Assembly: GCA_036003365.1 (NCBI GenBank)
Contig: DASYSL010000086.1
Coordinates: 1,258-65,257 of the forward strand
Origin: Candidatus Eiseniibacteriota bacterium
GTDB lineage: Bacteria; Eisenbacteria; RBG-16-71-46; DASYSL01
DNA length: 64,000 nucleotides
Direction: 5' to 3'
Positions within the stretch are counted from its first letter, which is position 1. Every line of letters begins with the position of its first letter. Shown piece by piece: positions 51,673 through 60,544 of the stretch. The position numbers and the translations under genes were made by a program. The notes beneath the pieces were generated by a model, which saw only the letters and a program-made list of their open reading frames with translations, was not told the DNA's origin and made no database searches.

Positions 51673-53769
51673 TCACAGGACGTCCTGCGGATCCACGTCC
51701 ACGGCGACCCGCACCCCCGCCGGCATCTTCTCCTGGGCGAGCGCTTCCGTGAGCCGGACCGCGCTCTCGAGCAAGCGCCGCCGCTGGCGCGAGCGCAGCG
51801 TGACGTGCCAGCGATAGCGGCCGCGCAGACGCATGAGCACGTGCGGCGCCGGACCCAAGACCTCGATCTCGGAGGCGGCCGGCTCGGCTGCGACGCGCGC
51901 CGCCTGCGCCAGCCGCTCGGCGGCGTCGATCACGCGATCCTCGTGCGGACTCGACGCCAGAAACGAAACCAGGCGCGTGGCCGGCGGATAGCCGGCTGCG
52001 TCGCGGATGGCGAGCTCCGCTTCGGCGAAGTTCTCGTAGTCGTGCCGTGCGGCGGCGACGAGCGCTGGATGGTCGGGATGGCGCGTTTGCAAGATCACGT
52101 GGCCCGGCCGCTCCCCGCGCCCGGCGCGTCCCGCCACCTGCGTGAGCAATTGGAACGTGCGCTCGGAGGCGCGGAAGTCGGGCACGTGCAAGGACGTGTC
52201 GGCGTTCAACACGCCGACCAGCGTCACGCCAGGGAAGTCGTGCCCCTTGGCGACCAGCTGCGTGCCGAGCAGGATACCGGGCTCGCCGGAACGGAAGCCG
52301 TCGAGCACCGTCTCGGTGTGCCCGCGGGTGCGCGCGCTGTCGGAATCGAGGCGATGGATGGGCGTGCCGGGAAAGAGCTGCCCGAGCTCCTTCTCGACGC
52401 GCTGCGTGCCTGCCACCTTGTAGCGGAAGAAGGGATGGCCGCACGCCGGGCACGAGGGCCGCGCCTCCTCGCTGTGCTCGCAGTAATGACAGAGGAAGAG
52501 CCCGCGCGCCGAATGAAAGGTGAGCGACACGTCGCAGTGCGGGCAGCGCGCCGCGTAGCCGCAGGCCTCGCACTCGACCACGCGCGAGTGGCCGCGGCGA
52601 TTGAGGAAGAGCAGCACTTGCTCCTGCCGCGCCAGCACAGCTTCGACAAGCGTGGCGAGACGGGGCGAGAGGAGGGCCGGGCCGGTGGCCGCCTTGACGC
52701 GCGCCGGTGCGGCCACCAAGGCCACGCCACCCTCTCCCCCGCGAGCGCCGGCCGGCTCGCGCGCCTCGGCGTTCCCCAGGTCCACGACCTCGACCGTGGG
52801 CAAGGGCCGGCGGTCGACGCGCTCGGGCAGGGAAAGCATCACGTACTTGCCGCGGCGCGCGTTGTCGTACGACTCGAGCGAAGGCGTGGCCGAGCCCAGG
52901 AGGCACGGCACGCCGACGAGGCGCGCGCGCATCACGGCCACGTCGCGTCCGTGATAGCGCAGCTGCTCCGATTGCTTGTAGGCCGGCTCGTGCTCCTCGT
53001 CGACCACGACGAGCCCGAGCGCGGGCAAGGGCGCGAACACCGCCGAGCGCGCGCCGATCACCAGGTCCAGGGCGCCGCGCCGCGCGCGCTCCCAGGTGGC
53101 TCGCCTCTCGCCCACGCCGAGATACGAGTGCAGAACGCCGACGCGCGCGCCGAAGCGCCGCCGCGCTTCGCTCACCACGCTGTGCGCGAGCGCCACCTCG
53201 GGCACCAGAAGGAGCGTCTGGCGTCCGGCGTCGCGCGCCGCGGCGGCCGCCTGCAGGTAGACCTCGGTCTTGCCGCTGCCGGTCACGCCGTGGAGGAGGA
53301 AGGTCTCGAAGCGGGGCTCGGCGACCGCGGCGCGCACCGCGCCGAGCGCATGCGCTTGAGCCGTCGTGAGCGTGTGGCGCTTGGGCAGGGCGGCCGGCTG
53401 GGGCGCTGCGCTCTCGGCGGCGGCACGCTTGCGCGAGCGGCTGCCGGCGAGCCCTTGGAGCCCGCCGGGCAGCTGGGCGGCGATCGCCTCGCCGAGCGAG
53501 CACAAGTAGTACTCGGAGACCCAACCCGCCAAGCGCAGCCCGCTCGCATCGATCACTGGATCCGGCGACAGCACGCTGGCCAAGGGCTTCACGCGCTCGG
53601 GATCGTGATCGGCCGCCTCGCTCACCTCGACCACGATGCCGCGCTTGACGCGGGCGCCGAACGGCGCGGTGACCTCGACACCGGGCGCGCACGCCTCGGC
53701 CCACTCCTCCGGGATCGAATAGACGAAGGTGCGGCGCACGGGGATGGGAAAGGCGACGTGGGCGAACAC
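51673..53769 (-). CDS. priA: Primosomal protein N' (PriA replication-restart helicase).
   Basis: Walker A 'GVTGSGKTEVY', DExH 'VVVDEEHE' and Cys4 zinc-finger 'CEACGYAARCPHCDVSLTFH...CHYCEH...CPACG'. Confidence 0.9.
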   Translation of the reverse strand: MFAHVAFPIPVRRTFVYSIPEEWAEACAPGVEVTAPFGARVKRGIVVEVSEAADHDPERVKPLASVLSPDPVIDASGLRLAGWVSEYYLCSLGEAIAAQLPGGLQGLAGSRSRKRAAAESAAPQPAALPKRHTLTTAQAHALGAVRAAVAEPRFETFLLHGVTGSGKTEVYLQAAAAARDAGRQTLLLVPEVALAHSVVSEARRRFGARVGVLHSYLGVGERRATWERARRGALDLVIGARSAVFAPLPALGLVVVDEEHEPAYKQSEQLRYHGRDVAVMRARLVGVPCLLGSATPSLESYDNARRGKYVMLSLPERVDRRPLPTVEVVDLGNAEAREPAGARGGEGGVALVAAPARVKAATGPALLSPRLATLVEAVLARQEQVLLFLNRRGHSRVVECEACGYAARCPHCDVSLTFHSARGLFLCHYCEHSEEARPSCPACGHPFFRYKVAGTQRVEKELGQLFPGTPIHRLDSDSARTRGHTETVLDGFRSGEPGILLGTQLVAKGHDFPGVTLVGVLNADTSLHVPDFRASERTFQLLTQVAGRAGRGERPGHVILQTRHPDHPALVAAARHDYENFAEAELAIRDAAGYPPATRLVSFLASSPHEDRVIDAAERLAQAARVAAEPAASEIEVLGPAPHVLMRLRGRYRWHVTLRSRQRRRLLESAVRLTEALAQEKMPAGVRVAVDVDPQDVL

Positions 53770-53869
53770 GACATCAAGATAACGGCTGCAGAGGACGGAA
53801 TGAATCGGGGGAACGGAAGCGATCAGCCGAGACCGCGGGCGCGGTCCGGCGGCACGTCAGCGAGCCCGA

Positions 53870-53910
53870 GAACGGCCGGAGTGGAAGCGGGTGCTCCCGA
53901 CCGGCCGTTC
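53870..53910. other. Perfect 10-bp inverted repeat (gaacggccgg ...21 nt... ccggccgttc) immediately downstream of the REC gene stop. A candidate transcript-end structure.
   Basis: Read directly from the sequence. No T-tract follows, so it is not a canonical intrinsic terminator. Confidence 0.35.
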
Positions 53911-53911
53911 C

Positions 53912-54319
<408 letters not shown>

Positions 54320-54358
54320 CTCCTCGCACGGCCGCGACCAACGGAGTCGCGGCGCGTC

Positions 54359-57019
54359 CTAGGCCGCCTTCGGCATCGCGCTCCGTCGCGGAGCCAGCCG
54401 GCCTTCCTTCTCCAGCACGTCGACCAGCGCTTCGACGACACGTGGGTCGAACCGCTGGCCACCCAGACGTCTCAGATCCTCGACCGCTTCTTCCACGCTC
54501 ACCCCCGCGCGTCCCACGCCGCCGAGGAGCAAGCTTTCGAACCGGTCCACCACCGCGAGCACGCGGGCGCCGAGAGGAATCCGATTGCCCGCGAGCCCCT
54601 TCGGGTAACCGCCCCCGTTCACCCACTCGTGGTGGGCGAGGATGGTCTCCCGAACGCCCGGATCGCAGCCGAGCGGCGCGAGAATCTCGAGCGCCATCTC
54701 GGGATGCCGCCGGTGCCGCGTTTCGTCCTCCGGCTCCGGCCCCAGCTCCTGCCGATCCAGCTCGCGCTCCAGGCGCTCGGCCAGCACGCCCGCCGGCACC
54801 GTCGCGATGGCCTGCACCGCATCCGCCTCGCTCACCGTGTCGCCCTCGCTGGCCGGCGTAACCGGCCGCGACAGCGCGAGGTCGGCGAGCAAGGCCGCGA
54901 TCTCGATCCGTGCTGCGTCGTCGCCGCGCCAGCCCAGCTCGTGGGCGACCGCGCGCACGTAGCGCGCGCGCTCGGCCCCGGTGCGGCGGTCGCGCCGCAG
55001 ATGCGTGAGCACACTCTTCAGCGTCTCGGCGGCCATCACCGTCTCGGCTTCCCCCTGGCGCATCCGCTCGACCCGAGCAAGCACGGTGCCGACTTGCGCG
55101 GCGAGCTGCCCCAGGAGGGCGATCTGGTCCTCTTCCGGGCGACCGGAAGGCGGCGTAATCCCGTTATCGGCAGCGCCTTCGCTCTCTGAAGCGCAGGCGA
55201 AAGAAACCACCAGAGCCCCCGCCGTCCGGTCTCCCAGATGGACGGGAGCGGCAAGAACCTTGCCCTTCCGGTAAGGCTCGCGCCGATGACCCAGGAAACG
55301 CGCGTCCTGCTCGCCGTCCTCGGAGCTCACGGCCTCGCCCGTCGCCAGCACGTGCCCGGCCACCCCCTCGCCGGCCCGCAGGCGCAAACCGCGCATCTCG
55401 TCCTTGCCGATGCCGGCGCTCGCCATGGGGACGAGGTCACCGTCGGCCTGTGCGATCAGCAACGTCACGGAGGGCGCTTCGAGAATCTGCGCCGTCATCT
55501 CCACCGCCAGCGCGAGCGCCTGATCGGAGCCCTCGCGCCGGTGCCGCCGTGTCGTCCACACTTCGGCGCGCACGGGCGGCGCCAAGGGCAGCATGACGGT
55601 GAAGCACGAGCCCTTGGCCGGACGGCTCGCCACCGAGATGTGCCCGCCATGCCACTCGGCCACCGATTTGCAGATGGCGAGGCCAAGGCCGGTGCCGCCG
55701 TAGTGGCGCGAGAGTCCGCCGTCGACCTGGTAGAAGCGCTCGAAGATGCGCTCGCATTCTTGGGGCGCGATGCCGATGCCCGTGTCCCTTACCCACAGGC
55801 GGAACTCGTCCTCCTGGGCCGCGACGCCAATGGTCACGCGGCCGTCCTTGGGGGTGAACTTGACGGCGTTGCCGCCGAGCTGGAGGAGGAGCTGCTTCAA
55901 GAGCTCGCGGTCGGCCTGGAGCGACGCGTTTTTCTCGGGCAGATCGGTCTTGAGTTCGATGCCCTTGGCGCGCGCCGCGGGGGCGAGCAGCTCGGCGCAC
56001 TCCTGCACCAGTCCCGAGAGATCGACTTCGGCGGCTTGCGGCCCGGCGCCCGACTCGAGCGCCGAGAACGAAAGCACCGAATCGATGAGGGCTTCCAGGC
56101 GCGTGCTCTCTTCCGAGAGCACGGCCAGCGAGCGGTTCCAGGCTTCGGGATCGCCGCCGTCGGCGCCATACGGGCTCGCGTCGCGCAAGCTCTCGGTGTA
56201 GGCGCGGATCGAGGTCAAAGGCGTGCGCAGCTCGTGCGAGATGGCCGAGAGAAAATTCGACTTGAGGCGCGTCAGCTCGCCCAGGCGCACATTGGCCTGC
56301 TCGAGGCGGTTCGAGTGCTCCTCGAGCGAGTGGTAGAGGCGGGCGTTCTCCAGGGCCACGACCACGTGATTGGCGAACACTTCGAGCAGCTCGATGGTCT
56401 CGCGCGAGGGCACGAGGCGGTCCACCGGATCGTCGACCGAGAGATAGCCCATGATCTCGCCGCTCTTCTGATAGAGCGGCACGAACAGCACGTCCTCCTC
56501 GTGCCACTCCCAGGGCTCGCGCTGGCCGAGACTCGGCCGCACGCCCTCGGGCAGCTGGCGCGACATCGACGTGGTGTGGCTGATGAAGTACGAGCGGCCG
56601 ACGCGGAACTCGTCGGAGAGCCACGACAGAAAGGTGTCGAGCGAGATTTCCTCGGACTCGAGCTTGGCCACGGCCTCGGTCGGCATGCCGGCGAAGGCAC
56701 GGGCCGCGAGCTGGCGCGTCTTGGGATCGAGCACGCGCAGGAGCACGACGCGGAAACCGAGCGTGGCCTGAACGGCGCGCACGATGCCGGCGAGGAGCGT
56801 GTCGAGCTCGAGCGTCGAGTTGAGCTGAGTCACCACCTCGAGCAGGCGGTGCAGCTTCTCCATGCGCGCCTTGCCGGCCTCGACCTGGGAGAAGTAAAGA
56901 CGCGACAGGCGCTCGCGCATGAGCTCGAGATCGCGCACGCGGCGGCGCAGCTGCTCGATCTCGTTCCAGGTGACGCGGGTCGAGCCGCGCATGCCACGCG
57001 GGCGGGCCGTGCGGGCCAT
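54359..57019 (-). CDS. Hybrid sensor: GAF - HisKA/HATPase histidine kinase - GAF - HD-GYP-like domain (886 aa).
   Basis: H-box 'ISHELRTPLTSIRAY', G-boxes 'DTGIGI' and 'GGTGLGLAI'. C-terminal 'AHHEWVNGGGYPKGL' is an HD-GYP signature with D replaced by N, and the HD dyad reads 'HE'. Confidence 0.85.
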   Translation of the reverse strand: MARTARPRGMRGSTRVTWNEIEQLRRRVRDLELMRERLSRLYFSQVEAGKARMEKLHRLLEVVTQLNSTLELDTLLAGIVRAVQATLGFRVVLLRVLDPKTRQLAARAFAGMPTEAVAKLESEEISLDTFLSWLSDEFRVGRSYFISHTTSMSRQLPEGVRPSLGQREPWEWHEEDVLFVPLYQKSGEIMGYLSVDDPVDRLVPSRETIELLEVFANHVVVALENARLYHSLEEHSNRLEQANVRLGELTRLKSNFLSAISHELRTPLTSIRAYTESLRDASPYGADGGDPEAWNRSLAVLSEESTRLEALIDSVLSFSALESGAGPQAAEVDLSGLVQECAELLAPAARAKGIELKTDLPEKNASLQADRELLKQLLLQLGGNAVKFTPKDGRVTIGVAAQEDEFRLWVRDTGIGIAPQECERIFERFYQVDGGLSRHYGGTGLGLAICKSVAEWHGGHISVASRPAKGSCFTVMLPLAPPVRAEVWTTRRHRREGSDQALALAVEMTAQILEAPSVTLLIAQADGDLVPMASAGIGKDEMRGLRLRAGEGVAGHVLATGEAVSSEDGEQDARFLGHRREPYRKGKVLAAPVHLGDRTAGALVVSFACASESEGAADNGITPPSGRPEEDQIALLGQLAAQVGTVLARVERMRQGEAETVMAAETLKSVLTHLRRDRRTGAERARYVRAVAHELGWRGDDAARIEIAALLADLALSRPVTPASEGDTVSEADAVQAIATVPAGVLAERLERELDRQELGPEPEDETRHRRHPEMALEILAPLGCDPGVRETILAHHEWVNGGGYPKGLAGNRIPLGARVLAVVDRFESLLLGGVGRAGVSVEEAVEDLRRLGGQRFDPRVVEALVDVLEKEGRLAPRRSAMPKAA

Positions 57020-59298
57020 CAGGCGGCCTTTCGCGGGCGGGCGGCGTTCTCCTCGTCCAGCTCTCTGGCGAGCGCCGACTGCACGCGCGGATCGAGGCGC
57101 GTGCCGCTCAGGCGCTCCATTTCCTCGAGCGCGAAGGCGGCGGGCAGCGCCGGGCGGTGGGCGCTGCCGCGCGTGAGATCGCGCAGGGCATCGACGGCGG
57201 CGAGGATGCGGGCGCCGAGCGGGATGGCGTTGCCGCTCAGGCCGCGCGGATAACCACTGCCATCCCAGCGCTCGGCGCGGGCGAGCAGGATGTCGCGCGC
57301 CGTACCGAGCACGCGCGTGCGCCGGCCATTGCTGCTCGGCTTCTCGTTCAGCTCCCCGATTTCCATCGCCTCAGCGTCGTCGCCGCCCGCGAGCCGCGAC
57401 AGGGAGCGCGCTTCGGCCGGGCTCGCGCCCAGGCGGCGCGCCAGCGCGTAGGCCACGGCACCCGGCGGGCGCTGGCCGATGGCCAGGTCCTGGCGCAAGT
57501 GGATGGAGGCGCGGAGCGCGGCCATGGTCTCGGCCGGCGACTCCGGCGACTCCGGGAAGGCGAGCGAGCGGTCGACGGTCGAGCACACGCGATCGACCAG
57601 CGTCGACATGAGGGCGAGATCCGGTTGCCCGAACGCCTCGCGCGAGCGCTTGTTGTTCACGTTGATGACGCCGATCGAGCGCCCGCTCACGATGAGCGGC
57701 ACGCAGATGAGCGACTTGGTCGAGTACTGGGGGTGGTTGGGGCGCCGGAAGCGCGGATCGGTCTCGATGTCGTTCACGAGCACCGGCGCGGCCTGCGCCA
57801 AGGCCTTGCCGCCGACGCCGCCGCGGAAGCCGACGCGGCGCTTGAGCGCCGTCTCGTCCAAGCCCAGGGCGGCGGCCATCTTGAGATCGCCGCGCTCGGG
57901 ATCGACCAGCATGAGCGAGACGATCTGCGCTTCCATCGCCTCGGAGACCAAGGCCACGGCCTCGTCGAGGAGGCGCAGGCAGTCGCGGCGCTCCCACAGC
58001 TCGGCCGCCACGCGGCGCGATTCCTCGGGCGCGCGCTGCACGCGCGGCAAGATGACCGTGAACACGCTGCCGCCGCCGGGGCGCGCTTTGACGCCGATCT
58101 TTCCGCCGTGCAGCTCGGTGATGTTGCGCGCAATGGCGAGACCGAGGCCGGTGCCGGGCACGGCGTGACGGCCGTCCTGCTCGAAGCGGTAGAAGCGCTC
58201 GAAGACGCGCTCCGACTGCTCCTCGGGGATGCCCGGGCCGCGATCCATCACGTCGAGCTGCCAGCGCTCCTCGTCGCCCGAGACCACGATCTCGACCGTG
58301 GTCCGCTCGGGCGAGAACTTGATGGCGTTGCTCACCAGGTTGAGTCCGAGCTGCTTCAGGAGATCGAGGTCGCCCTCGACCGAGCCGAAGTTCTCGGGCA
58401 CGTGGCCCTGCACCTCGACGCTCCGGCGCTTGCCTTCGGGCGCCATGGTGAGGAGCACGTCGTCCACCAGCTCATGGGGCAGGAGCGTCGTGAGATGGAA
58501 CGACTTCTGCCCCGATTCGAGACGCGAGTAGTCGAGCGCGTTGGTGAGCAGGCGCCCCAGGCGGTCGCACTCCTCGTTGATGATCTCGAGGAACGGCCGG
58601 CGCGACTCCCATTCTTCTCCGGGCGTGTCGATGAGCGTTTCGGCGTAGGCCTTGATGCAGGTGAGCGGCGTGCGCATCTCGTGCGCCACCACCGAGAGCA
58701 TCTGGCCGAGGAGCGCTTCCCCTTCCTCGGCGCGCGCCTCGAGATGTTGCGCCGCCAGCTCGCGCTCGGCAAGGGTCCGGTCCGAGCGCGAACGCTCGAG
58801 GCCGAGCGCCAGCGCGTCGGCCAGCAGATGGATGGCGAGCTTGTCGGAAGTGGAGAAAGCGCGCGCCAGGCCGAACGTGGCCACCCAGACCCCGTCCGTC
58901 GCACTGCGCGCGCGCAAAGGAAAACAGAAGAAGGCACCGGCCTTCTTGCCCCCGAGTGCCTGGTCGAGCGGCGTCGCCGCGTCGGCAGCGCTGGCGAACA
59001 GCGGCTCCTCACGGTGGAGTGCGTACTCGAGCGCGCCGCCGGGGCTCGGCAGGAAGGCTTCGCCGGGCCCGCCACGCTTGGCGTCCCACGGGCGTAGTGC
59101 ACCGGTGCGCTCGTCGATGAGGAAGAGCTGGCTGTCCTTGGCGCCGAGTGCCGCGCGCGCGCCCGCGCTCACGGTCTCGACCAGAGCGCCGACGTCCGAA
59201 GACGTGCGCAGAAGGAAGGTCGCCTCGGCCAGGCTCGCGAGGACCGAGTCGGCCGGCTTGCCGTTCGCCGACGGGCGGGCCGCGCGGCGGGCGGGCAT
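57019..59298 (-). CDS. Paralogous hybrid sensor: GAF - histidine kinase - GAF - degenerate HD-GYP-like domain (about 759 aa). The ATG overlaps the upstream TGA (TGATG).
   Basis: H-box 'VAHEMRTPLTCIKAY', 'DRGPGI' and 'GTGLGLAI'. C-terminal 'ARAERWDGSGYPRGL' keeps GYP but has lost the His residues of HD and HHE. Confidence 0.85.
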   Translation of the reverse strand: MPARRAARPSANGKPADSVLASLAEATFLLRTSSDVGALVETVSAGARAALGAKDSQLFLIDERTGALRPWDAKRGGPGEAFLPSPGGALEYALHREEPLFASAADAATPLDQALGGKKAGAFFCFPLRARSATDGVWVATFGLARAFSTSDKLAIHLLADALALGLERSRSDRTLAERELAAQHLEARAEEGEALLGQMLSVVAHEMRTPLTCIKAYAETLIDTPGEEWESRRPFLEIINEECDRLGRLLTNALDYSRLESGQKSFHLTTLLPHELVDDVLLTMAPEGKRRSVEVQGHVPENFGSVEGDLDLLKQLGLNLVSNAIKFSPERTTVEIVVSGDEERWQLDVMDRGPGIPEEQSERVFERFYRFEQDGRHAVPGTGLGLAIARNITELHGGKIGVKARPGGGSVFTVILPRVQRAPEESRRVAAELWERRDCLRLLDEAVALVSEAMEAQIVSLMLVDPERGDLKMAAALGLDETALKRRVGFRGGVGGKALAQAAPVLVNDIETDPRFRRPNHPQYSTKSLICVPLIVSGRSIGVINVNNKRSREAFGQPDLALMSTLVDRVCSTVDRSLAFPESPESPAETMAALRASIHLRQDLAIGQRPPGAVAYALARRLGASPAEARSLSRLAGGDDAEAMEIGELNEKPSSNGRRTRVLGTARDILLARAERWDGSGYPRGLSGNAIPLGARILAAVDALRDLTRGSAHRPALPAAFALEEMERLSGTRLDPRVQSALARELDEENAARPRKAA

Positions 59299-60344
59299 CA
59301 GGCCGCCGCTTGCTGGGGCGACGAGGCAGCGTTGCGGCGGCGCCGCTCGGAGACGACCACGCTTCCTTGCATCCCCTTGCCGAGCGTCTTGAGCTCGGCG
59401 AGTGCGTCGTCGAGCTGCGCGAGGTGCATGCCTTCGATGTCGGTGTTCGCGGCCAGCGCGATGGTCACGCTCATGAGCGGGAAATTCTCGAAGTCGTGGC
59501 GGCGGTTGCGCACGCGCACGAAACCCTGCTTGCGGTCCTCTTCCTCGTAGAGGAGGGGCAGCTCCTTTTCGAGCGTCTCCTTGAGGCGCTCGGCCAGGGC
59601 TTCCCCCGCCTCCGGCGAGCACAGAACCACGAAGTCGTCGCCGCCGATGTGGCCGACGAAGTTGTCGGCGTGTCCGTCTTCGTCCACGACCTTGGTGAGG
59701 ATCTCGGCCACGCGCGAGATGGCGACGTCGCCGCGCGCGAAGCCATAGCGGTCGTTGTAGGCCTTGAAGTAGTCGATGTCGAGCACGAGTTGCGAGAATG
59801 GCTTGTCGTCGTCGAGCCGGTGCTGGCGCTCGGCGAGAATGCTGACGCCGCCGGGCAGGCCGGTGAGCGGGTTCACCGCCTTCTGCGTCTTCGCCCACTC
59901 GAGGTGGTTGTGCACGCGCGTCACCAGCTCCCGCTTGTTCCACGGCTTGACCATGTAGTCGTTGGCGCCGCCCTGCAGGCCCTCGAGCTTGTCCTCCTCG
60001 GTGCCCTTGGCGGTGAGCAAGATCACCGGGATGTGGCGCGTGCGGTAGTGCGAGCGCAGCCGCTTGCAGACTTCGTAGCCGTCCATGCCGGGCATCATGA
60101 CGTCGAGCAGGACGACGTCCGGAAGCTCAGCGCGGGCCGTCTCCAGCGCTTCCGGACCATCGCCCGCCTGGAGCACGGTGTAACCCTCGCGCGAGAACGT
60201 CATCTCGAGCGCGTCACGCAGGCTTTTCTCGTCGTCGACGATGAGGACTGTCCGGCTCGGCTTGATCTCGCTCACAGTTGCCCCCGCGGCTCGGCTCACG
60301 CGCCCGGGCGAAGAGGTCCCGTGCGACGGAGTCTTCCACGGCAA
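59298..60344 (-). CDS. Response regulator with REC + GGDEF-family domain (motif reads GGDDF). True start probably a GTG about 45-70 nt inside the track ORF.
   Basis: 'VLIVDDE', 'DVVLLDVMMPGMDG', 'ILLTAKG', then 'GHIGGDDFVVL' and 'NDRYGFARGD'. Confidence 0.8.
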   Translation of the reverse strand: MPWKTPSHGTSSPGRVSRAAGATVSEIKPSRTVLIVDDEKSLRDALEMTFSREGYTVLQAGDGPEALETARAELPDVVLLDVMMPGMDGYEVCKRLRSHYRTRHIPVILLTAKGTEEDKLEGLQGGANDYMVKPWNKRELVTRVHNHLEWAKTQKAVNPLTGLPGGVSILAERQHRLDDDKPFSQLVLDIDYFKAYNDRYGFARGDVAISRVAEILTKVVDEDGHADNFVGHIGGDDFVVLCSPEAGEALAERLKETLEKELPLLYEEEDRKQGFVRVRNRRHDFENFPLMSVTIALAANTDIEGMHLAQLDDALAELKTLGKGMQGSVVVSERRRRNAASSPQQAAA

Positions 60345-60544
60345 GCCAACCGCAAGTTGTGTGCCACGGGCGTCGAGCGCAGCCGGCTACAAGTCCGCTG
60401 GCGCGAAAGACTTTCAGGCGCGCGGCAGGACAACGATTAGCGCGGGTCCGCGGTCGAGATCGGCGTGCGCGCCCCGGCGCTGCTCCCCATGCGCGCGTTG
60501 CACGACGCACGCCGAGGGGGGCCCGGCGTGCGAAAAGCACTTCG

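Noticed and set aside
60170-60310. Apparent frameshifts in the N-terminal region of the REC-GGDEF gene (possible pseudogene)
   Set aside because: My manual frame reading disagreed with the supplied translation by +1 and then -1 within 130 nt. This is most likely my own positional miscounting and not a real lesion. The track protein is continuous and has intact REC motifs, so I did not call a pseudogene.
59298-60344. Calling the GGDDF protein an active diguanylate cyclase
   Set aside because: The signature is GGDDF, not GG(D/E)EF. I did not assert activity. It is flagged as non-canonical in the findings.
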